Source: Octopus bimaculoides (lineage: Eukaryota). From it: a stretch of 54,884 nt of DNA. The stretch lies in contig NC_068982.1 in NCBI RefSeq assembly GCF_001194135.2, positions 23,354,623-23,409,506 on the forward strand, given 5' to 3'. This document shows positions 38,561 through 48,626 of this stretch, in pieces. The position numbers and the translations under genes are program-made. The notes under the pieces were generated by a model. That model worked only from the letters and a program-made list of their open reading frames with translations, had not been told where the DNA came from and did no database searches. Each line of letters begins with the position of its first letter. The first letter of the stretch is position 1.

Positions 38561-41184
38561 ATACGTTATCGTTCGTAGTGAAATAGAGAGCAACGAACCA
38601 AGATTCCAGTCTATTCTATAAGTATAAGAAAACGTATCGTTGTATTATGTAGTCCTAGATACACGATGCCAATAAAAAATCTATGCAATAGTCATACTCA
38701 ACTCTTTTTGTTCATAATTCTGTTTAGTCATAGTCGACTTGGAGCTAAAGAACAAAATAAGATCTACTCTATCTACGGTTCATTATAATTATCATTTCAA
38801 AGAGTGTTTAGACATAATATTTGAAATGCAACAGTGAAGTCAGTGTCATAAACTGATAAACTCCACTAGTGACATCAGGTCTAATTAACTAACATCTGAA
38901 GTCACACCAATTAGATTTTATTGATTCCGGTGCATTGTGTAATGCTACTAATAGAGGACTATATGATAAAGATTTAATCTCATTGATAATCAACCATTTT
39001 TATAGCTCTTACTTAAAAGATGCCATTCTCAAGTGTTTGGACCAAACAATAGTTTTATGGCAACTTAATATTTGAAAATATTATATTTGATATTCATCAG
39101 CTATACTATTAATTTTCAAGGCATAAACCATAGTCCATCGATAATATCATTGGACATATGAATCAAATATTTCTTATACACGCCTAAACAAATCAAGCAC
39201 GTTTTGATAAAAAATAGTTTCTAGTTTGAAGTAAGTTGCCAAACATTTTTTTTATTATTAGATTTTATGTTTAAATCAGAAAACATATACTACCTAGACA
39301 TATTTGCTTACTGAAATTGATTCGGTTTCAAAATAACGCGTCCTTGGAGATTATGGGAAACTAACATAAGAAAATAATTCCTATATAAGTTATCTTGGTG
39401 CTATAATGTTAAATATATCAGCCATATGGTGTGTATATTATTAATTCTGTTTGTATATTGATTTTCTTCTATAATCAGAAGAAACTTAGAAAAAAATCTA
39501 AAATCAAATTTGTACATATAAAGTAAACATTTGCAGACTGCTTGGCTTATTATATGAAGACATGAAAGGCAGTTATATACCAGCAACACCAATGAGAGCA
39601 GCAGTAGTATCAGCTATAACAACTCATATAAATACAAAAAACACTACAACGTTAATTTCATCTAAACCTGAGATTAGACGTTTTCTTTAGTAGCTTGTGA
39701 CAAAGCAGAACTGAAGGAATTGTCAAGAATGGTGATTGAAATCAATACAATGGTGACAGGAAGCAGTATAAACTTGAAGTGAATAAGTAAACATTGTTGA
39801 GATAAGGGACCGAAGCGAATATTAAGGAAATTTTCAATTTGACGAAAGAGAGATATATGATGTTTAATCGTAGAAAAATATGAAAAAAAAAAAGCAAATA
39901 AACAAACAAACACAAATATTTGTCAAACAAATCGAAACAAGTATGATTACCGTTCATGAAATATTGATGAAAAGAAAATCGATGTCTATAACTTGTTTGA
40001 AACATTGAAGAACAGTCGTTATTTGTCAACTGGTTATCTCACCCAATTAGTTGAACTATGAGAGAATTTGAAGCTTTGTAATTTATTTTCTCGATAGTTT
40101 TTTTCTGCATAGATCGATTCTAACTCCAGGATATTTTTGTTTACTGATTGATTTTTTCGCCTCATCAGTTTTCGATCTTACTAATCAATAAGTAGAAACT
40201 GGTGGAAAAAAAAAAGAATTATACTTAGACTGCCACACTGCCCTTCGTTCATACGATAATCTTCTATATACCAGAAAATACGTATTGTGCAGAACGTCAG
40301 GGAAACTATATGTTCAGCCATATATAGGTCATTACGTCTAGTCATAGACCTGAATATCCGGGAGCAATGGCTGTCGTAAACCGAGGATAAAATAAGATTA
40401 TACTACATATAATGAGAAATAGCAACTAAAATAGAACCTACAAATATTAGTCTATACAGAGACGAAGAATTCACGGAGTAAATGATTATTGACTTATATG
40501 AAAGCAAATTAAGAAAAGGGTTAATTAGTATATCCAGGGAGTTCATTCTAAAATATATACGAATAATTAACCAGAAAATTGGTATATTCTAGAGACATAG
40601 TTTCCTGTCTAGTGTTTATGTGTTTGCAAGCACCGACATTACCATAAACGAAACACAGAAACATTAGCCATTAATGTCACCAAAATATTTAAGCATGCCA
40701 CAAGCAATAACTGTACATGTATTTTCACGCTATATGCATGTAAAACAATATTACATATCGTATAATATCTTAGTTCGTTAGAAAGAAATAATGTCAATGT
40801 TGTGCTAAATTAATGAAACAGTCAAAACCTAGCATGACTCCATACAGATGCAGTATGAAACAGATGCAGGAAATTCTTCCAAATCGTCAAAATATATCCA
40901 CACACTTTCAATGACTGTTTCTAACTTTGTTTTATTTATATTTCTCTGTCAAAATTCTATAATAAGCTTAGTATTGATCTTGCTATGGTCAGCTTTGTTT
41001 ATTTGTGTACGGTAGGGTCACACATTTGTAATATTAACGAAAAGTCACAAATAATATGCGATCATCCTAGCACAAATATGACTGAAGAAACTGGAGCAAC
41101 TATACCTTTTACAATAAAGGCATGTTCAAAGTGCTTGCTTCAAGAGACATTACAGGAGCTACATATGCCCTGTACCTATACATA

Positions 41185-42448
41185 TTAGGTTGTCAAGAAA
41201 GTTCTTGCGGTTTTAGCCTTTAACTTCAGATGCATATATTTCGGCTCAAACAACACTTTATTAATTGAAATAAACACCTTCATTATCAACACACTTTTGC
41301 CAATGCGAAATAAGTTTATTTATGCCAGTAATGTAAACATCCTGCGTTCTGGTTGCGATGAAGTCGTTGAAGGTGTGTTTGGCACCGTCTTGGTTGAAGC
41401 ATTTCTCACACAGGAAGTTGGCGAGATGCTTGAAAAAGTGGTAGTCGGTAGACGAGAGGTCGGGTGAGTATGGCGGATGAGGCAGAGTTTCGTAGCCCAA
41501 TTCGTTCAATTTCTGCAGTACCAGCTGTGTGACGTGCGGCTGAGCGTTTGTCGTGGAGTGGATTTGGTCCTTTTCTATTGACCTGGCTGCTGTTGTCGGA
41601 GTTTCTTATGTAGTTCATTCATTTGCCGATAGTGCTTCTCCGTCGTAATGGTTTCACCTAGATCCAGAAACCGGCTGCAGACCACCAAACAGTTACCATG
41701 GTCTTCTTTTGGTGCAGCTTTGGCTGCGGGAAGTGTCATGCAGCGTTGTCGGCGTCCAACTACTGAGCTTGGTCGCGGGTTGTCCTAAAGAATCCACTTT
41801 TCATCGCAAGTCACAATTCAATCGAGAAACGAGTCGTTCTTGCTGCGTAAAAGACCAGATGACGACACTTCAAAAAGGCGTTTGTTTTTTGGGGGGTTGT
41901 CTTTCAATTCTTGCGGCACCCATTTCTGAAGTACTTTTGTTTTTCCAATCTCTTTCAAGCTGTTGGAAATTGTCGTATACGTTATGTCTAATTCAGAAGC
42001 AAACTCTCTAGTAGTTGTGTGTGTATTGGCTTCGACTAAGACTCTTAGTTGATCGTTGTTAACATCCGATGGCCGGTCTCTACGTTCATCATATTCAACA
42101 CTCTCGTCACCGCTACGAAACTTCTTGAACCACCATTCTGCTGTACGTTCATTAGTGGTTCCTTGGCCAAACGCATCGTTGATATCCCGAGCTATTTCGG
42201 CAGCTTTTCGGCCTAGCTTGAACTGGAATAAGAAAACTGTGCGAATTTGCTATTTGTCCACGTATTTAACGTTTTGGAAAAACATATCCTAATTATTCAA
42301 CAAGAAAACGAGTAACACATTTAGATAGAGCGAAAAACGAGCTTTAAATTTATATATAAAGTCAAAGTAATTTAACGATAATTAATTTGAACATACATTA
42401 TTTAAAACCAAATTTTAAAATTCCGCAAGAACTTTCTTGACAACCTAA
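41185..42448 (-). mobile_element. Full-length mariner transposon (cecropia subfamily, Hsmar1-like), transposase pseudogene
   Basis: Perfect 26-bp TIRs TTAGGTTGTCAAGAAAGTTCTTGCGG (41185-41210 / 42423-42448), TA on the left and CA on the right, length 1264 bp. Minus strand: QIRTVFLFQFKLGRKAAE..WWFKKFRSGDES..KWVPQEL..IVTCDEKWIL..LHD..LPHPPYSPDLSSTDYHFFKHL..GINKLISHWQKCVD. Frameshifts and stops are present. Confidence 0.96.
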
Positions 42449-43215
42449 CATAATGCTTTTCAGTAAACCTAAAGTTCGTGATACACAATACACACAATCA
42501 TTCAGATAGAAAAGCAGAGTTACTATATTTTCGATATGGAAAGATGAGTAAATGATAACCGTTTAAGTAAAGAAAGCATAACAGCAAAGCTAACAAACTA
42601 TATCATCTAAGGTCCTTCAACAGGCTGAATTGCCTTTTGTAGTCGATCCGTAGATCAATAATTGTTTCTCCTTTGCAGTTGTTGAATCAAATTTCTCTTT
42701 ATTATACGTTTCCTGGTCAAAATTGAAACTATACATTTTGAATCAACTATGAAATAAGAGATTGAATATCGCGATATGACAAGTTCATTAATCACCTCAG
42801 ACTTCGTTCATTCTTCATATTACAGCTGAATATATATGTAAGAGACACACATGAAGCTAGTGTTTTGTCTGTCCAAAACTTTTACTAAACAGTAAAACAT
42901 TTGGAGAGGAAAACAAGAGCCTTACTGCTATTTACTAAGTTAATATTGATATAGTTTCTGATCTATTACTTAATGCCAAATTCACTTTCAATACAGGCAA
43001 CATTATTTTCTTTTTCAAATAACCAGCTTCTCAACATAGTCATTTCCCTTCAACTAACAATTTCTAAAAGCAGTAATATATTTATCCATGAAATATTGCA
43101 ATTGACACGTATGTTACTGATTATTGCTAACTCGTAGCTTAAATACCGACGAATAAAAAGCGATCTGACCTAGCCAATGTATGCGCAATAGAAACTGTGT
43201 TCTTAAACTTCACAG

Positions 43216-43310
43216 GAGTGCGGATGTTTTTAACCGATAATCAACCACAATCAGCGTCTAAGGATGCAGAAAGTCGGAACAGCGCCACAGACGTTCCCAA
43301 AATATATTAA
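43216..43310 (+). CDS. Candidate terminal coding exon (unverified)
   Basis: Acceptor gtgttcttaaacttcacAG, phase-1 frame (G)VRMFLTDNQPQSASKDAESRNSATDVPKIY*, and AATAAA at 43389-43394. Confidence 0.2.
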
Positions 43311-43417
43311 AAGATATACTCCCAAAATATGTATTAGGTATTTTCCTTCCGTTTGTTATAATCAGTATTATATATATATATATATATTAATAAACGTTTC
43401 AACCACATGTACTTATC

Positions 43418-43517
43418 GCGCTACTAATAGTTTCCCGTACGTGCGTAAGTTCAACGGGCACCACATTCAATTGGCACCTGATGAACGTACGCATGTACGG
43501 GACACTATTAGTAGCGC
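43418..43517. other. 100-bp near-perfect hairpin (36-bp arms, 28-nt loop): mini-MITE or pre-miRNA-like
   Basis: 43418-43453 gcgctactaatagtttcccgtacgtgcgtaagttca versus the reverse complement of 43482-43517 gcgctactaatagtgtcccgtacatgcgtacgttca: 33/36 matches. Confidence 0.85.
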
Positions 43518-43580
43518 AATTATTACATATAGTTGAAACGTTTAGTATGATTGAACTCTCATTGGATGGAGTATTTTCGG

Positions 43581-43879
43581 NNNNNNNNNNNNNNNNNNNN
43601 NNNNNNNNNNNNNNNNNNNNNNNNNNNNNNNNNNNNNNNNNNNNNNNNNNNNNNNNNNNNNNNNNNNNNNNNNNNNNNNNNNNNNNNNNNNNNNNNNNNN
43701 NNNNNNNNNNNNNNNNNNNNNNNNNNNNNNNNNNNNNNNNNNNNNNNNNNNNNNNNNNNNNNNNNNNNNNNNNNNNNNNNNNNNNNNNNNNNNNNNNNNN
43801 NNNNNNNNNNNNNNNNNNNNNNNNNNNNNNNNNNNNNNNNNNNNNNNNNNNNNNNNNNNNNNNNNNNNNNNNNNNNNNN
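43581..43879. other. Assembly gap (N run)
   Basis: N characters. Confidence 0.99.
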
Positions 43880-45619
43880 ATATATAATCAAGCAATCCTA
43901 TGACCCCCACTGTGTTCCATTCCTTGCCACTCCGAAATTGTAGTTGTTCTTCTCTTAGTTTATTCTTGCTGCAACAGTGGCAATATGAAATTCTTTCATT
44001 CACTTGCTCTGATAAAATATTTGATAAAACATATATTTTGACTGTTGAAAATCCATATTTGTTGCAATTAAAGATGGCATGCAATGCCTGCATTTTTGAA
44101 TTAAATGTAGCCGCTTGAAACAGTCGTATGTCATTATGACTTGACATCCTCTTAAGTATTTTCATTTTGCTCACTTCGAGTTGTGCGCATATGTGACTGA
44201 ATGGGTGCCTAAACTTAAGTACCTAATTCAAGTGAATCTTAATTATATATATATATATATATATATATCGAAGTTATTCCAGCAAAAGTTTAATAATATC
44301 ATAGTGAGTTTTATATAGATCATTTGCTAGGAGTCTCATACATCATTGAATTAATCGAAAATTTCCAATTTTATGTAAAATTATTAATGAATTTTATCAC
44401 AGTTAATCAAAAGCGGAAAATATTCTGTCATTGTTATAACTTGTAATAGGTCAATATATATGGAAAGAATGAGATGAAGTGTTACAGTATATATTTTGAA
44501 GTTAAACATTCGAGATGTAAAGCATTTCTTATTAGTTGCTGATTGGAGTATATAACTGGTTCTATAAATGTACTGCATTGCAAATCATGCGGACCTTTCA
44601 ATATCGTCACATTTTCCTTTTTTAGATTTTGAAGAAGGATTATTTTGTTTCGCTTACTCGATTGTCTAGAAGCATTCAAAAACATGCACAAGTAATTCAC
44701 CCATTCCTTGGCATTTTATACAAGAACTATGGAATCCGATTTTAAAGTATCTTTTGAAAACACATTGATTGTGCATCTCTAAAATATTTTGCCTATGTAC
44801 TATTATTGATATCACTGTTTATGTTTTTTGTCTTATATCGTATGTCAATATGAAGGCACTTTGTTCACGCTCCTGTTTAACTGTGGCTTAATTTTGCTTT
44901 CATTCACAATACTAATTTTTATCTTCTCATCTTATTTACGCAAAACAATACTGCAATTAATATTTGAATCAATAGTGAAAGCTGTTACATGCGCATGAAA
45001 AATGCTTACAATGTGAATGTTTAACGATTTGCAAATGTAAATCATGTAAAATAACCTAGATATGTCAGTCAACATCATGTGTTAAGCTAGTAAACAAATC
45101 GATTCTCCTACAAAATATGGCGCTCGAAAACAAAAATTATCTTATTATCTAAAAATTATAGAGCAGATTAAAATGCTTAAGTTAATATTACATCAAAATA
45201 TTATTAAATGTATCACATTTATTCTATAAAAGTATAGTTACATCAGTTAATATTTATTCGTGTAAAGAATATTATAGATATAATATCTATAAATATTTCA
45301 TTCAACTTCAGCAAATCGACTAATATTTAGAAATATTAACATACATAAAGTTGTAGCATTCTCCTAACATCAATGAAATCTGCTGTGTTGTTAAATTTGA
45401 GAGCGCTTTCTTTTTTAATATATCATGGACCGGAGTGAAAGAATTGAGAGCAAGAGGACTGAAGGCTAAAAGTGAGAACTGGAAAGTTTCATTATGAAAT
45501 TTTGGTAACTGGAAATAATATTGATAAAATAAAATAAAAATAAATTAAATAATGCACACAACAATTAAGAAAGGTAAACCACGTGTTGGTTATTGTTACT
45601 TAATATGTATTTAGGTTAT

Positions 45620-45822
45620 GGCGGCGAGCTGGCAAAAAGTTTAGGGCGCTCGGCGAAATGCTTAGCGGTATTTCGTCTGTGTTTATGTTCTGAGTTCAAA
45701 TACCTCTGAAGTCGACTTTGCCTTTCATCATTTCGGGGTCGATAAATTAAGTACCAGTGGCGTACTGTGGTAGATCTCATCGACTAAGATTTAGGGTCTT
45801 GTGCATCCAGTAGAAAAAAATA
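45620..45822 (+). mobile_element. tRNA-derived SINE with a shortened tail
   Basis: ggcggcgagctggca..gcttagcggtatttcgtc..ttctgagttcaaat..gtcgactttgcctttcatcatttcggggtcgataaattaagtaccag..tcttgtgc..aaaaaaa. Confidence 0.9.
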
Positions 45823-46009
45823 TATATTAGTCTAAGAGTGAAGACTATACGTGTAACAAGTATAAGACTTCGTTGGTTAGAAATTTACGTCGGTGATAAA
45901 GAGTATCGAAGTATGTATTTATGTATGTAAGTATGTATGTATGTATGTATATATTTGTGCATGTGTATGTGTGTGTGTATTTACGTATGTTTGTATGTAT
46001 GTACAGGAA

Positions 46010-46345
46010 TTTCAACCATGTTTCGTGGTCTGCTACCACAACAGCTCCTTTATAGGATCCAGTTAGCTCAAGACATCATCAGGAGGAACCACGTCCGGTT
46101 TCGGCCCCTACTCCTCTACCGTTTTGACGTGGCGGGGCCACCCCCTTTCGGAGGTGTCTTCAGCTCTGGTGCTGGGTGCATGTCTTCTTTCACTGTTTGT
46201 GACTGTTCTAATTCAACTGTGGAATTTCCCTCGCTATGGCTATTTTCCAGGAGGTTCTGGCCACACGTCTTACGGTTCATCAACCCGCGTTGTATTTTAT
46301 TTAAATTCTTCCTCTGAAGAAGGAGTTGGTTTCCAACAATGATAC
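46010..46345. mobile_element. GC-rich repeat fragment with hammerhead-core-like motifs (probably Penelope-associated)
   Basis: The minus strand has CTGATGA (46082-46076)..agaccac-GAAA-catgg (46024-46021). The plus strand has CTGAAGA at 46314. GC is well above the flanks. Confidence 0.35.
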
Positions 46346-46825
46346 ACCGCTCATCTTTGGAATATAGACAACAAAACCACTCACATTTTAAATCTGAGAA
46401 ACGTCTTGCATTGTTTTACTGTTCCGCTTACAGATTGTAATTATTCTGTGCGAAGAATTTTGCTGATTCCTTTTTCTGAAAATACAAGCTTATCCAGAGT
46501 GATAATTATGCATTTACTTACTAAACCAATTATTATGGGTATAAATGTAAATTTGCAATCAGGATATAGAAACTACAGATTTCGAAGCAGTTGTCCGTAG
46601 TTATCTCCTTTGATTTTCGAAGGGATATACACATAAGGAGGACAGCCGACCTTAATGATGTGTGTATGTATGTATGTATGCATGTATGTATGTTTGTATG
46701 TATGTATGTATGAATGCTTGCATGTATGAATGTATAAAGTTATATTTTGAAATTTTTCGAAAGAAAACTCATGCATACCTGTCTAACTGTCCATCTATCT
46801 GCCGGCCTCCCTGAATGTTTTACAA

Positions 46826-46864
46826 TCTATCTATCTATCAATCCATCTATCTATCTATCTATCA

Positions 46865-46955
<91 letters not shown>

Positions 46956-46956
46956 G

Positions 46957-47016
<60 letters not shown>

Positions 47017-47205
47017 GTCTATCTGTCTGCTCTCTGCCTGTATGTCTGTCTTTCTGTCCGTCTGTCTATCTTCTATCTATCTGTCTGGCTGTCTGTCTTC
47101 TATCTATCAATCTATCTTCCTGTCTCTCTTTCTGTCTCTCTGCTCTCTGTCTGTGTGTCTGTCTGTTTGCCTTTTATGTATTTATCTATCTATCTGTCTC
47201 TGTGT
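46826..47205. repeat. Long (TCTA)n tract grading into (TCTG)n
   Basis: Direct reading; explains the 185-aa YLSI ORFs. Confidence 0.97.
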
Positions 47206-47254
47206 ACACACACAACACACATACACACATACATACCTGCATATATATGTATAT

Positions 47255-47550
47255 ATACATGCATATTTGTGTACAGGACATCAAAAACAAAGTCAACAAA
47301 ATGAGACACGAGAACATAAAAAACAAAAACACAGAATACGAACTTTTTCCGTACAACGAAAGAAACAAATAGAGAAACAAGACATGCAGCATAAAGAACA
47401 TTCCCTTCATCAGTTGTCTCCTGTTTTATCTACCCTGCGTTTCGAAGTTAGTGTCAAGAGGCGACTTCGTTAAAACAGTCTTTCCCGCAAAGCAAATTAA
47501 ATAAAATTTGGATTTTATTTAAAGTGGTAAAAAAAAAAACAGGACAGTAA
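47255..47550 (-). mobile_element. Interspersed repeat fragment (Penelope pseudo-LTR-like)
   Basis: aagaacattcccttcatcagttg..gcgtttcgaa..cccgcaaagcaaattaaataaaatttgg resembles a repeat I recall from Octopus. The minus strand contains GAAA and CTGATGA. Confidence 0.35.
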
Positions 47551-47562
47551 CAACAAAACAAC

Positions 47563-48575
47563 ATTCCGCAAAGAGAGATAGTGCAACACATGGATTACAC
47601 ACCTTCCATTGAAGAAGTAAATCTGGCATTATATAAACTGAGGCCAGGTAAAGCTCCTGGATTGGATGGTATTCCAGTTGAAATTCTGAAAACTGGTGGG
47701 GATCATATTTCATCTGAAATACATAACCTGATTACTCAAGTTTGGAATGAATCTTCTGTGCCACAGAAATGGATAAATGACATCCTAGTCTCTGCATACA
47801 AGGTTAAGGGCCCAAAAGCAGTGTGTGGTAATTCTAGAGGGATAACTCTCCTGGCACATACCGGGATGATACTTTCAAGGATCATGTTAGATTGTCTTGT
47901 TGATAATGTTTGTCCACATGTGATTCCTGAACAACACTGTCGTTTTAGATCTGAGCGAGGAACAATGGACATGATATTTTCTGTGAGCCAGGTTCAAGAG
48001 AAGTGCTTAGAAGAATACCAGGTTTTCATGGATTTAACTAAGGCATTTGACTCGGTAAACAGGGAGACACTGCGGATTGTTTTGTGTAAATTGGTTGTCC
48101 AACCTATTTTGTTAGCATTTTAAGGAGCTACACAGAAACAGGAAATGTTAGGTAGTCTTTAATGGTGAGCTATCTCATAAATTTTCGGTGGACAACGGTG
48201 TCAAACAGGGAGATATTCCTGCCCCTACACTTTTCTCTATTTATGTTGCTGCGTTATGTTGGTATGCTTTCAAGGATTGCAACAGGAGAATCGCAATCAG
48301 ATTTCGGACATCTGGTCGTATGTTTAATTTGACCCGGTTTAACTGCAAAGCAAAGACTTGCAAAATAATTGTTAGAGAATCACTTTATGCTGATGATGGT
48401 GATTTGTTGGCACACTCAAAGGGGGGTATGCAACATTTAATGGGCAGATTTTCCCCTGCATGTGTACGTTGCGCACTTACAATTAGTCTGGGGAAAATAT
48501 TTACTCCCGTGCCAGGACAAATATATTGTGAATCAAACATTCTTGTGAATGGAACAATGTTTGAAGTCGTTGACA

Positions 48576-48577
<2 letters not shown>
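47563..48577 (+). mobile_element. RTE-clade LINE reverse transcriptase fragment (pseudogene)
   Basis: PSIEEVNLAL..GKAPGLDGIPVEILK..RGITLL..DMIF..QEKC.E..FMDLTKAFDSVNRE, GVKQGDIPAPTLFSIY, LYADD, GQIYCESNILVNGTMFEVVD. It is broken at 48120 and truncated by (TA)n. Confidence 0.95.

Positions 48578-48622
<45 letters not shown>
48578..48622. repeat. (TA)n microsatellite at the junction of two LINEs
   Basis: Direct reading. Confidence 0.97.
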
Positions 48623-48626
<4 letters not shown>

